This document shows, in pieces, positions 1 to 11,100 of a stretch of 35,546 nucleotides of DNA. Numbering within the stretch: the first letter of the stretch is position 1; the number at the start of each line of letters is the position of its first letter. A model generated the notes under the pieces. The model ran no database searches. It was not told the DNA's origin and saw only the letters and a list, made by a program, of their open reading frames with translations. Source of the DNA: a virus (taxonomy: Duplodnaviria > Caudoviricetes); the IMG/VR virus record IMGVR_UViG_3300032295_002537, positions 1 through 35,546 of that record; one strand, given 5' to 3'. A program made the position numbers and the translations under genes.

Positions 1-2378
1 ACTTCACTATAAGTAGAAATTCCAGTAATATTGAATGTTCCACCACGGCGTCTACCAAAACCAAAGGAATCAGTTTCACTATAAGTAGCAGATCCGATAA
101 TGTTGATTGTTCCACTACCATCTGGAGATGGGGTATAGTCAACATCTGGATAAACTAAAGTAGTTCCAGATAAAGTTATTTGTCCATATGGATATAATGC
201 TTGTACTTCTGAAGAAGTTGAACCATAATCTTCCGTTTCACCACCAAGTATAGTTACAAATCCATAATCATCAGATGTTTCCGATAATCCTGATGATATG
301 AATCCGAAACTTGGAGTAATATCAGTAAAGGTTGAAGATTCATTATATGAATGAGTTCTAGATTCTAAACCTGTTTCAGATAGTGAGATTGTTTGTATAT
401 CAACAATACTACTACTGATGAAGGAAACATCAGAAATTCCAGAAAGATTAATTGTTCCACTACCAGAAATAGATGGAGTATAATCAATATTTGGAGCAAC
501 AAGTTCTCCGGAAATAACAAATAGTGTTGTACTATCATTACTATAAGTAAGTGGAATATTTCCAGAAGATCCAGAAATACTAATAGTTCCAAATGGATTT
601 ATTGTTTGATTTTCACCTAATCCAGTATCCAATCCATAATCAATAGATTCTCCATAAGGTTCACTTGCAAAACCATAATCAATGATTTCTGATATTATTC
701 CAGTAACTAGTAAGAAATCTTCAGAAGAATAAGATAATATTGAAGACTCATTATAATCATAAGTAAAGGACTCAACTTTTTCTCCAAATCCAAATAGTGT
801 ACCTGAAGTATCATCAGGACTATAAGTGACTTTACATTCTGCAGATCCAGAGAAGTTTTTATTTGTATAGGCAACATCAGCCGAACCACTTAATGTTAGT
901 GATCCAAATGGAATTACAGTACCAAACTGTATATTTCCACTATCTTCTTCAGCGGAATATAATTCAGTAATCAATCCATAATCAATAGTTGAAGTTACTG
1001 GACTTGAAATAGATCCGGAATCTTCGGTAACAACAGAGATACCGGAAGACTCATTATAATCATAAGTAAAGGACTCAACTTTTTGTCCAAATCCAAATAA
1101 AGTACCCAAAGTATCATCTGGACTATAGGTAACTTTGCATTCTGCCGATCCAGAGAAGTTTTTATTTGTATAGACAACATCAGCTGAACCACTTAATGTT
1201 AGTGATCCAAATGGAATTAGAGTACCGAACTCTACACTTCCATTATCTTCTTCTCCAGAATAAATTTCTGTGATTAATCCATAATCAATTGTTGAAGTTA
1301 CTGGACTTGTGATAGATCCAGAATCTTCAACAATTGTTATTACGGATGAAGACTCATTATAATCATAAGTAACAGTTTCAATTTTTTCTCCAAATTCAAA
1401 TAGTGTACCCGATGTGTCGTCTGGACTATAGGTAACTTTATATTCTGCAGATACTGGATAGAAATTTAGATTGAAGTATTCGGTTTCTGCAGATCCACTT
1501 AAAGTTAAAGAACCAAATGTACTTAAGTTACTAAATTCAATACTTCCACTATCTTCTTGACCAGAAAAAGATTCGGAAACTAATCCATAATCTAGAATAG
1601 ATGTTGTTGGACTTGTAATAGATTGGGAATCTTCAATGATAAAAGGTACAATAGAAGATTCATTATAATCATAAGTAATAGATTCTTCTTTTTGGCCAAT
1701 ATTCAATAAAGTTGCAGTATTTTCTGGTGGATTATATACAACTCTATAGTTTGCTCCAGTGTTATAAGTTTTTATATTTGGTGGATCTATTACTAACGCA
1801 GATCCAGAAATATTAACTTTACCAAAGGGACTTAATTGACCACTATCAAAAATAAAATTGTAATCTTCATCACCCTGATTAGGACTTTCAACTAATTGTC
1901 CGTAATCTATGGAGGATGTGGAAGGATTGGATATTGATGAAAAATCTTCGGATACAAATGATTTTGAGGAATCTTCGTTATACGAAAATCCAACTCTTTC
2001 TGTAGAAAATACCGAAATATCTGATGTTACTACTGGAAGTTCGGGTTTGAATGTATTAACAACTAATCTACTTCTAGACTCACCACTTATTTTTATATTA
2101 GTTTCTTCTACAACCTCATTGATGGGTGGAATATACGTTACAGCTTCCAACCCGTTATTAGATAAAGAAATATAAAGACTATTTTTATAACTCTTTATTA
2201 GGTAATTTGCAGAAATACTGGAAAATGATATTACTCCTGTAGAAGATCCGGGAGATACATTTAAATCGTAATTATATAATATTTTTTCAGAATACTCAGA
2301 TCCAGAAGTAACTATGAGTGGGCCTCCTTCAACTCCTCCACTCCATATCTCTGGATTTGGTTGACCTGGGGATGTCAT
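1..2378 (-). CDS. Repeat-rich putative virion structural/fiber protein, truncated by the window edge (>=792 aa; MTSPGQPNPEIWSGG...)
   Basis: Manual translation: ATG at 2378-2376 overlaps the TGA of the upstream ORF (ATGA). The frame stays open to position 1, which explains its absence from the ORF track. Ser/Thr/Gly/acidic-rich, with ~101-aa repeats (YDYNESS...EDSGSI...DYG...PFGSLTLSGSA). Confidence 0.88.
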   Translation of the reverse strand, partial: MTSPGQPNPEIWSGGVEGGPLIVTSGSEYSEKILYNYDLNVSPGSSTGVISFSSISANYLIKSYKNSLYISLSNNGLEAVTYIPPINEVVEETNIKISGESRSRLVVNTFKPELPVVTSDISVFSTERVGFSYNEDSSKSFVSEDFSSISNPSTSSIDYGQLVESPNQGDEDYNFIFDSGQLSPFGKVNISGSALVIDPPNIKTYNTGANYRVVYNPPENTATLLNIGQKEESITYDYNESSIVPFIIEDSQSITSPTTSILDYGLVSESFSGQEDSGSIEFSNLSTFGSLTLSGSAETEYFNLNFYPVSAEYKVTYSPDDTSGTLFEFGEKIETVTYDYNESSSVITIVEDSGSITSPVTSTIDYGLITEIYSGEEDNGSVEFGTLIPFGSLTLSGSADVVYTNKNFSGSAECKVTYSPDDTLGTLFGFGQKVESFTYDYNESSGISVVTEDSGSISSPVTSTIDYGLITELYSAEEDSGNIQFGTVIPFGSLTLSGSADVAYTNKNFSGSAECKVTYSPDDTSGTLFGFGEKVESFTYDYNESSILSYSSEDFLLVTGIISEIIDYGFASEPYGESIDYGLDTGLGENQTINPFGTISISGSSGNIPLTYSNDSTTLFVISGELVAPNIDYTPSISGSGTINLSGISDVSFISSSIVDIQTISLSETGLESRTHSYNESSTFTDITPSFGFISSGLSETSDDYGFVTILGGETEDYGSTSSEVQALYPYGQITLSGTTLVYPDVDYTPSPDGSGTINIIGSATYSETDSFGFGRRRGGTFNITGISTYSE
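334..1982 (-). repeat. Coding tandem repeat, ~303-nt (101-aa) unit, about 6 copies of varying divergence
   Basis: The anchor encoding YNES/YNED starts at + positions 334, 742, 1045, 1348, 1654 and 1969 (spacings 408, 303, 303, 306, 315; all multiples of 3). Units 742-1044 and 1045-1347 are the most similar. Confidence 0.9.
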
Positions 2379-2746
2379 TTATAACCTCCCCCAGATACAT
2401 CTGGTATTACTTTTCTTTGCAAATCATTAGAGAGTTGGAAAATGATACTAAATCCAACCCAACGAATAATTATGCCACTAAAAATAATTGATTTAATATT
2501 AGGATCAAAGTATTTTTCAAATACTGAACATGATTTATGATATTTTGATGTTTTATTAAATATTTTTAATTTTCCAAAAGGAACTATAGTTTCTGTACAA
2601 TTTATCATATACAAATCAGTACAGAATTCAACCTCCTGGTATAAATTTCCACAATCATCAGTTTCCCAAGAGGAATTTGATAAAAGACCAAAATCTTCTT
2701 GGGAATATTCATTAATAGTAGATGAATTATATTCGTAAATATTCAT
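2375..2746 (-). CDS. Hypothetical protein (123 aa) carrying one degenerate copy of the downstream YNESS/DYG/PFG repeat
   Basis: ORF track. N-terminus YEYNSSTINEYSQEDFGLL...DDCG...IVPFGKLKI aligns by eye with the repeat unit of the 1..2378 protein. ATGA-coupled to it. Confidence 0.75.
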   Translation of the reverse strand: MNIYEYNSSTINEYSQEDFGLLSNSSWETDDCGNLYQEVEFCTDLYMINCTETIVPFGKLKIFNKTSKYHKSCSVFEKYFDPNIKSIIFSGIIIRWVGFSIIFQLSNDLQRKVIPDVSGGGYK

Positions 2747-2775
2747 CTTACGAAAACAATAAGAGAATTTCTAAC

Positions 2776-2805
2776 AAAAAAGGGGATTGTCTTATTACAA
2801 TCCCC
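2776..2805 (-). terminator. Rho-independent terminator
   Basis: Minus strand reads GGGGATTGT-AATAAG-ACAATCCCC-TTTTTT: perfect 9-bp stem plus U6, about 30 nt after the stop of 2835..3842. Confidence 0.85.
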
Positions 2806-2824
2806 AAAAATTCAATGATATACT

Positions 2825-2832
2825 TATTTATG
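2825..2832 (-). promoter_or_regulatory. Possible T4-type late promoter (CATAAATA)
   Basis: Matches NATAAATA, but lies upstream of the terminator at 2776-2805. Confidence 0.4.
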
Positions 2833-2834
2833 AA

Positions 2835-3842
2835 TCAGTCAAGAGCAACGTTAAGTGTAATCTTGATTTGGTCTCCATTATTTTGGATACTGTAAGGACC
2901 GTTTGTAAATCTTTCAGCATACATGATTGAACTGTAAAGAGTTGCACTATTAAGTCCTACAGTTGGACTTAATGTTGGCGATAGTGAAGGGGTTGTATAG
3001 AATTCATTAGCATTTGGAACACTGAACACAGTATAAGTTCCAGATGCAGTTGTAGTGTTACCAGTTCCAGCCGCAATATAAAGTACGTCACCAGCTACTA
3101 ATCTGTGGCCAGTGGCTGAAATTTTAGAAAAACTGAATGTAACACTTGGATCCGTAGCAACCTGAATATTATCGACAAGAGCTTTGTCCAAATAAACAAC
3201 TTTTAGAGCTCTATCAATACCGATAACTTGAGTTCCTGTTTGAATTCCAGCATTACCACCAACAATCATTCCCAAAGTCAAATCATCAACACTTTGGTCT
3301 GGATCAATTGTGATATACTGATTTCCAACAACTCCAATTACTGGATCAGTGTTATCTCCTTTAGATACTGTGGTTCCAATGCCAACAGAAGCAAAGTGCT
3401 GAACACCTTGAACTGAAACAGGCATATTATTTGCACGAGTTACATAGTAACCATAAACATCACCAGCATCTCCAGTAAATGTAAATGTCTGTTCTGGATA
3501 AGTAGCAGTAGTTCCAGAACCTACATTGTTGATTCTCCAACGAGATCCGTTTAGAAGAATACCTGTTTGTGATGTATAAGATTGATCCGATCTATTGTTT
3601 ACACAGTATGGATAACCAGTAGTTGGTGCATATCCATAAGCGTTAGTATTACCAACTCCATATGGTTCAAAATAAGCGGTTGGTGATGGAACATCCGATT
3701 CCGCTGGAGTCGTGTTACTAGTGAAGAGTTTGAGAACAAGGTTTCTGGGAGATTGATCAGCCAAAGATGCAGTATGATTATTCTGAGCAATCAAATACCT
3801 TAGTGATTCAATTTCTCCAATATTGGGAACTAATAGTGCCAT
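2835..3842 (-). CDS. Virion structural protein (tail/fiber-associated), 335 aa
   Basis: ORF track; GGAG RBS at 3851-3854; preceded by a perfect late promoter. Conserved-looking termini (LVLKLF...YPEQTFTF...YGYYV and AERF...GDQIKIT) flank an insert with an H-x-L-x-x-G-D barrel motif. Confidence 0.7.
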   Translation of the reverse strand: MALLVPNIGEIESLRYLIAQNNHTASLADQSPRNLVLKLFTSNTTPAESDVPSPTAYFEPYGVGNTNAYGYAPTTGYPYCVNNRSDQSYTSQTGILLNGSRWRINNVGSGTTATYPEQTFTFTGDAGDVYGYYVTRANNMPVSVQGVQHFASVGIGTTVSKGDNTDPVIGVVGNQYITIDPDQSVDDLTLGMIVGGNAGIQTGTQVIGIDRALKVVYLDKALVDNIQVATDPSVTFSFSKISATGHRLVAGDVLYIAAGTGNTTTASGTYTVFSVPNANEFYTTPSLSPTLSPTVGLNSATLYSSIMYAERFTNGPYSIQNNGDQIKITLNVALD

Positions 3843-3885
3843 TTAAACAACTCCGTACAACTTGGTGACGTTTGATAACTATCTT

Positions 3886-3893
3886 TATTTATA
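3886..3893 (-). promoter_or_regulatory. T4-type late promoter TATAAATA
   Basis: Exact T4 gp55 consensus, overlapping the upstream stop codon, about 45 nt before ATG 3842. Confidence 0.8.
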
Positions 3894-4566
3894 ATTTTAA
3901 TTTTAAAGAGATTAGAAATCGATTTATATTATTAACTGCAATAACATCAAAAGTCAAGATATCGCCAGCAACAATAGTCGTATTCCAATTATTTAGGTTA
4001 TCATCACGAATTTTTCTAGAATTTGTCATTTGTGGATAAACTCCACCTACTATTGATGTGAAGGTTGGGAAATTACTATAATTAGATTTTTTAATATCTA
4101 GAGTTAAATTTCCTTGTTGGTCCGATAAAATAACCAAAGATTCTATAACTCCACTAACATCCAGAGTAACTGAACCTTTATTTCCTGCAAGCATTGCAAT
4201 AGAACCACTATCTATGACATAATTAATAGTTCTTGTAAGATCTGCAGTTGTTGCAAGAGCTATAATAAAAACATCATCACCTGGATTTGGAGAAACCGTA
4301 AAGATAATATTGTTTGTTGATATAGTATAATCCTCAATTGGTTCCATTACGAGATTATTTTTTACAACAATAAGTTGTTGATCATTAACAGGAACATAAG
4401 AATCGCCAGATGCATATAATCCAAAAGTATGAGCGATTCCAGTGAATTGCGAATTAATATTATCAAGAATTATGTTTCCATATTGAATGGATTTGGTGGG
4501 AATCTCATAATCTACACCAATTCTATAGGGTCCAGGTTCATTTAATGTTACTAAGTAATCGGTCAT
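3889..4566 (-). CDS. Putative virion structural protein, 225 aa
   Basis: Contains a LDNINSQFTG..TF.L...LIV..NN..MEP..DYT....IIF...P..GD module also seen in the gp7 C-terminal region. TAATG-coupled to the upstream gene. Confidence 0.7.
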   Translation of the reverse strand: MTDYLVTLNEPGPYRIGVDYEIPTKSIQYGNIILDNINSQFTGIAHTFGLYASGDSYVPVNDQQLIVVKNNLVMEPIEDYTISTNNIIFTVSPNPGDDVFIIALATTADLTRTINYVIDSGSIAMLAGNKGSVTLDVSGVIESLVILSDQQGNLTLDIKKSNYSNFPTFTSIVGGVYPQMTNSRKIRDDNLNNWNTTIVAGDILTFDVIAVNNINRFLISLKLKL

Positions 4567-4898
4567 TATGACACTCCTGGGGTTACTAGAACATTTCCTT
4601 GAACAGCTCGGGACCTATATGAATTGGGAGAAATAAGAATAACATCATAGACATATCGACCACCTTCAATGGCATCTGTAGCTGTATATCCCATTGAGAC
4701 GGCAATTTTTCCATTTAATCTATCTACAAAAGAAAGAGTTAATGGATATGCAGTAGAAGAAGATGGATGTTTTCTAATAGAAGAAATTCCCGTATAACCA
4801 GTCAAATTTAATGGTGCATTATTAGTATTCCTGATTGTAAAGGTGGCTTGAAAGTCAACCCCTTGTTCAAGAACTAAGTTTACATTCCTTGCCGCCAT
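4566..4898 (-). CDS. Small Ig-like tail/baseplate accessory protein (BppU-N/LtfC-like), 110 aa
   Basis: The pattern NL.LEQG.DF...F.......PLNLTGY....IRK...G.I......T..I..GRYVYDV......R.VQG...V.PGV is typical of this family. Confidence 0.65.
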   Translation of the reverse strand: MAARNVNLVLEQGVDFQATFTIRNTNNAPLNLTGYTGISSIRKHPSSSTAYPLTLSFVDRLNGKIAVSMGYTATDAIEGGRYVYDVILISPNSYRSRAVQGNVLVTPGVS

Positions 4899-4918
4899 TA
4901 TTAGAACCCGTTTTAAAG

Positions 4919-4926
4919 TATTTATG
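4919..4926 (-). promoter_or_regulatory. T4-type late promoter (CATAAATA)
   Basis: NATAAATA overlapping the upstream stop, 20 nt before ATG 4898. Confidence 0.7.
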
Positions 4927-5164
4927 AATTGGAGTCTAATTTAGAAAGAATGAGTTTCATCATATCTTTCATTTCACTTACATCAGATTTTAGTTGATCA
5001 ATCTCATTAATTTTTTCAGTCATTTCATTCATCTTAGTAACTTCTTTTATTTTTATATTTTTCAATTCCAAATATTTTTGGTAATCTGAATCAGAACAAT
5101 TTAAAATTGCACTGGAGTTTTCATCTCTAAATAAACCTTTGTTTCCTTCTACTGGCAATAACAT
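4922..5164 (-). CDS. Small hypothetical protein with C-terminal coiled coil, 80 aa
   Basis: ORF track; VEG...L.RD..S.AI.N motif and heptad-like C-terminus; directly follows the 2504-aa gene. Confidence 0.8.
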   Translation of the reverse strand: MLLPVEGNKGLFRDENSSAILNCSDSDYQKYLELKNIKIKEVTKMNEMTEKINEIDQLKSDVSEMKDMMKLILSKLDSNS

Positions 5165-5168
5165 AATT

Positions 5169-8100
5169 TTAAATGGTTCCGATAACTCTGAAATCTCTTA
5201 TTTTTGGAACAAACGCTGAATTAGTTCCAGACATTAAGATCTTTATTTGAAATCCATTAAATTGAGGAAGATTCGACGCTGTAAACTCATAAGAATTGTA
5301 GTTGTCCTCTGATGTTGAATTTGCAACGTTTTTATCAGGTCTTCCGTTATTTTTGGACGGATTAATAACTTGTGAATTTGAATCCAAATTATCATACCCA
5401 GGGAAAAGTTGCCAAAGTTGCCCAGTTGTAGGAGAGTCTGCTCTAAAAATTCTATAACATACTCTAATATCATTTGTTGGATGTTTAAAAGCATCAAAAA
5501 ATACTTTTAAATTATCAGCAACTTTATCCAATATAACAATATTACTTAAATAAGTTGCAGCTGTTGGGTCATCCGTCAAAGAGTTTACTCTTGGATCAGT
5601 CGAATAATCCTCTATTTTGGAGTTAATTCTATTAGCAATAGTGATTAAGTTTACTCTATCCAAGTCAATCATTGGAGAAACTTTTTCATCTTCCGTACTT
5701 AAAGTCAATTCCATTGTAAAAGATTTTTTGCCAGGGAAATTTGACAAATATGTCTCTTCATTAATTTGAGAACAGATAATTCTCGGAGAGTTAAATTCAT
5801 TATTATCATTTAAAGATACCTCCACAAATCCCTGATCTAAAAATGATGTTAAATTACTATCTGGAGAAGATCCACTGAAAGTTCTTGCCTTTGCTGATAT
5901 AGATGTTTTTTGCGGTAATAATGTTTGGAAATTGGGTCTAATGATATTAAATGGTATATTTTGGGTAGCTTTTGGTCCTTTTGGTGATCCCAGTAGCGGA
6001 ACAGTATCGTAAGATCCACAGGATTTGTCATCATTGAAATACAAAGCTGGATATCCAAGAGCGTTTCCTGGAGTTCTGTCGATACCCCTACTACTCATAC
6101 CAACTTTGACATAATAATAATCCAAATCTGTTGGATAAGTTATTAAATTAGTATCCGACAAGTTGTGAGTTTTATTAATTCTTCTTAAAGATACTCCGTT
6201 TAATTCATATTTAAATACAGGAAACTCAAGTCCATAACTTCCAGAAATTGTATTATCAATATTTCTGATTATTCCAGTTAGACTATTAGTAGAAGTAACG
6301 ACCCCAGTATAGGAAATAACTTCAGTATCAATCAAAATATATCCAGGATTTACTGAGGAAACCGGAATGTTTTCAAAACTAGTAAATATTCCGACAGAAC
6401 TTACTACAATATTATTCGTAGATGTAGAATTATAACTTGATTTTAAGGTTTCTGGTTTTTGATCAGGTTCTATACCAGAAAGTGATACTTTATCCGATAA
6501 AGAATACATTCCATGATTATTATGACTTACTTTAAAATGTAATCCATCAGTAAGATCATTTATAGTAGTTACAGAAGCACCAGAAAGAAGTGAAGTTCCC
6601 CCAGAACCAACATAATATAAACTATCAACAGAATTTTGATTAAGAGTACCTTGTACTCTATCTACAAGTAAAGAATTAAATGATGATATTATTCCAATAT
6701 TATTTGGGATTGTAAGAATTAAATTATCGCCAAGTCCGTCTGTTTGAGAATAATTAACTTCCAATGAATCTCCGTATGCATATCCAGTTCCCCCAATAGA
6801 AACCGTAGCTGCAATAGCGACTCCATTTTGAACACTTAAATTTACTTTTGCACCAAAACCAGAACCAGTTATAGAAACTAAATTTACGTTAGAATAAGTT
6901 TTAAATGCAGAAGTAAATCCAATTCCCACCGAAGTTATTGATAATGTACTTCCTATTCCTACTGATCCCACAACACTCTTCAAGTTTGATCTAAACGTTG
7001 AATTATTACTTTGTAGAATTGGACTTCCTGGAGTTAAACCACTAACTTCAGATGATGTTAAACTCTTTCCTAATCCGATTAAAGTTGATTTGGAGATACA
7101 ATCCAACGCATTAGGTCTTAACGTAACTACTTGATTATTACCAATATCTAGTTTTGGATTATAGAATCTAACTGTAGAAGATCCAGTAAAAAACTTTGCT
7201 CTGTAGAGAACTAATTTCAAATCTTCTAATTGACTTGGATCCCATGTTGCCCCATTTTGAGATTTAAACAATGAACCCAATAAAGGTTGTTGCGATACAA
7301 CTATTTTTTGCGATTCGGGTAAGTTCAAAGTAGTTACATCTTCTTCACCCATTCTAGAAATCCATACTGTATACTCATTTGATGCTGAAAGTAACACTAC
7401 GCAGTAAGAATTTCCACTTTCAAGGTATACTGGAGATGGGAATGTAAATGTCGTTGGAGTTTTTCCATCATCAGATACTTGTACTTGGCTTGGATCTAGA
7501 ACTACTTCACCAAATGGGATAATGGTTTGTGTTGGCAAACCAGTTTGCATAGTTCTGATTTGCATAGTAATTGGCAAACTATTAGTATCTTTAGATTTAA
7601 AGAATACATCACATTTTGTAATAAATATTCCATTTTCATCAGGAACTTCAAAGGATTGTGCAAGAGGGTCTACCCATCGTGTTTGTGTAACCGTGCGATT
7701 TGTAAATGAAGTTCCAGCTTGAAGTGTTGTCTGTTGACTTTCTAAAGTCCTTTCTTCGGTTCTATTCAGTCTTTCTACATTTGCGTTTCTTGTTCTTAAG
7801 GTAACTTCTTCCGTGTTATTTAAAGTTCCAGAAGAAGTAAACTTTGTATCTGCTGTACTATCTGTAGATCCAACGATTGTAGAATTTGTGGCGCTAGTTG
7901 TAAGAACAAAAGTTTTTGTACCAGTCTCAAAAGATGGAGTAGATTGTAATTTTGAATCCGGAATATATAAAGAACCGATTAAAGTTCCTGAAGCATCTGT
8001 AATCAATCTTACATTCGTTACTTTTGCAATTGCTTTGGAAGTTTCTCCTTTTAATTGCATATTGGTAATAATATGTCCATAAAATCCAGAAGCAGATTGC

Positions 8101-11100
8101 AATTCTAAAGAAGCAGTATCAACGTTCAACACAGTTGAAGTCGTTGAATATGACTCGGGTATTGTCTGTGTTGGGGAATATGGATTAACTGTATAGACTT
8201 GTTCTGGTTGATTATATGGACCATACTTATGGTTGGGTGAAGACAATCTGAAACGTATTGAAGTCGTTCCAACCGTACCAGTTACAGATTCTCCAACTAC
8301 AAAAGTTCCGCTTTCCATTTGAATTTCAATAAGTTTGGGAACAATGTATTTGTTCATATCAACATTATCAAAAAATGCATACATTCTGGTTTTGGGTTTT
8401 AGTCTTTTAGCTATAAATTCAATATTTCTAGATCTCATTATATGAATAACTTCAGTAGAAACTACGAAAGTACCCAAATTAACGGAATCAAATCTTTCAG
8501 ATACTTTGTACTGAATACCCTGTCTTGCTTGTTTTGTTGTAGTTAGTGTAGTTACATTAGTAAAATTAGTATATTGATCTCTATAGTTTATAGTTGTTGT
8601 TTCAGGTATTCCTCTTCCTTTTTGGAAACCTCCTCTATGAGTGCTTCTGCTTATTTCGTTTGTACCAATGTACAAACTTCCCATATTCTGTCTGGCTATT
8701 TCTCTTGTTCCAGTCCAAGTAGTTTCCCAAGCACCCCAATCTATTGGGGACAGACCTGTGTTTGTATCTACACCCAATTGTTGTATTGTGGTTGTATAAT
8801 TTCCCTCTTGATCTACGGTTTTTTTAGTTCCTTTTGTTTCGATCCAAGTATCAGTTGCAGGATTTAATTCTATAGCGCCAATCCAGTTTACGACGGCGAA
8901 TGGATTAACATTTTCAATTCTAGTTGCAAAAGTATTCTTAAGAAATTCTACATCAGTATATTTCAAACAAACAATATCTCCCACTTTAACTGTATTTGGA
9001 CTACCCAAATCTTTTACAAATCTTAAATCTGCATCTGGATTTGAAAGATTTGAAGCTCCTATTACAGCTTCAGAACCTAAAAGGAGGTCTATTGATGTAG
9101 TATAATGTTGCGGTCTAAGTAATCCCTCTTTTGTATCAATACTACATTTGTGTTGAGGGTCTCCTAAAGCTCCGGCATTTACCGATTTAAAATTATCTAC
9201 AAGAAAACCGCACTTGAATCTGTCGAGTTGTGTTTGAGAATCTCTTAGGGTTAAATTTTTAGTATCAGTCTCTAAAAGAGACAAAGAAGTATAATATTCA
9301 ATATTTCTTATTCTGTCTTCCAATCTAGCAATATCTTGCATTCTATAACGTTTGTGTGATGACAATTGAACTGTTACATCACCTATGTTATAAACATATG
9401 GCCTCATAGTAATAGTAGCCACTTCTAGAGCATTTTCAATAACACTTGGAGAAATTGGAGTTAATGATGGAACACCTTTAGAAACAAAAAATTCTCCGTA
9501 TCTGTTAAGATATAATTTATCAATTCTAGCGAGATAGTAAGAATATGATAAAAAGAGATTTTTATCTTTAGCAAAATTATATGGAGTAGAATTTGTCGCG
9601 GGCAAAAACTTTCTTGAATCAAATTCAAATGGTGAATACGGAGTTATAGAACTATTATAAGGACTAACTCTTGGTCTCAAATCAATAATATCACTAGCTC
9701 TATAAAAAGAAATTAATGGCAATTCTGTTGAATATCTTTCGCGGTCGTAGGAACTAACAGTTACAAAATCTCCATCATCATTTGCATCTATGTAATAATT
9801 ATTGTATACAACTTTTAATCTTTTTGTTGGCGCAGTTACTCCTGATTTTCTTCTTATTGATGAATAATCTGCTATTTCTGGAGTTTGGCCACTTTCAAAA
9901 ATAAAATCAGATACTATATTTCTATCACCTTCTATTAATAAACTTACTTCTGCAGTAACATTTGATTCGTAAAAAAGAATTTTCTCACCAGGTATAAAAG
10001 TATTTTCATTAATGTATACAAATTCTACTTGATTTGTTCCATTAGTTGCAACAAACAAAGCCATAGTATTGCTTGTTTGGCCATAAATTATTTCACCTCT
10101 AATTGCATTTAAAATATTTGCATTTAAATTTACAAGTTCCAATTTTGGTAGTTCAGCATCATTTGAATCAGAAGACTCAAATACTCCTACAACAAAAATT
10201 ACATCAGGAACATTTAATGATATTCTTTCATCTTGAACTCTTGTTCCATAATAAGGATTATATGTCAAACCATCCGAAATAGTAGTGCTACCTATTCCAG
10301 AAGAAGGAGTGCTGGAATTTCTAATGTCCAAAACTGAACATCTATTATAAATTTTCTTTCTGGATTTTAATCTTCTCTTTCTCAAAGTGGCTGTCAATGT
10401 AGCCGGTCCATTTTGACTTAGATTTACTAATGTCAAAGTTCTTCCAGAAGTAATAGTAAATTGCCCAGAAGTTAATGGTTCAATAGTACCATCATCAAAT
10501 ACTAAAGAGTAATCTTCTTCATCAAATTGTTCAAGAGTAATATTTGTATCAGTCTCCAAAGTTGCTGTTAAACCATTGGATGAAATATTTACTGAATAAG
10601 ATTTTCTATAAACTATTTCTCCTTCAGATACGTCAACATTTTCAATATTTGAATTTGTTAGTTCCGCAAATAAAAATGATTCTCTAGTATTTAATAGTGT
10701 TGGAATTCCTTTAACCAAATCACTTATGGATGTCGAAGTGGTGGGCAATCCTCCACTATTGACTCCAACAACACTTGGAGTCGATTGTACTGTTATTGAC
10801 TTGGCAGATGCACTTACTGAAGTTACTCTGTTATAAGTTGGAACTATTTGTCCCGATTTAGTATAAACTAAAATATCTCCAGTATTAATACCGACTCCAA
10901 AAGTTGAAGCGGATGTTGTTACTGTACTTATTCCTCCAGAACCTGCAGAAATTGTGAAACTTGTTCCTTGGGGTGAAATAGGAATTCCAGCAGAAATTAC
11001 AGTATCAGCAGTAAAAGATGTTGTAGATCCAACATATCCAACAACTTGTTTTATATCTGATAAATTATAATCTCTTACGCCAGTTATTGTTCTAGAAACG

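Noticed and set aside
365-1192. Short minus-strand ORFs 365..592, 707..889 and 995..1192
   Set aside because: Out-of-frame shadows of the long 1..2378 gene; their mutual similarity only reflects the 303-nt repeat.
742-1347. Near-identical repeats as a DGR template/variable pair or CRISPR array
   Set aside because: Differences are mostly synonymous and not adenine-specific, no reverse transcriptase is seen, and the units are long, in-frame and spacerless.
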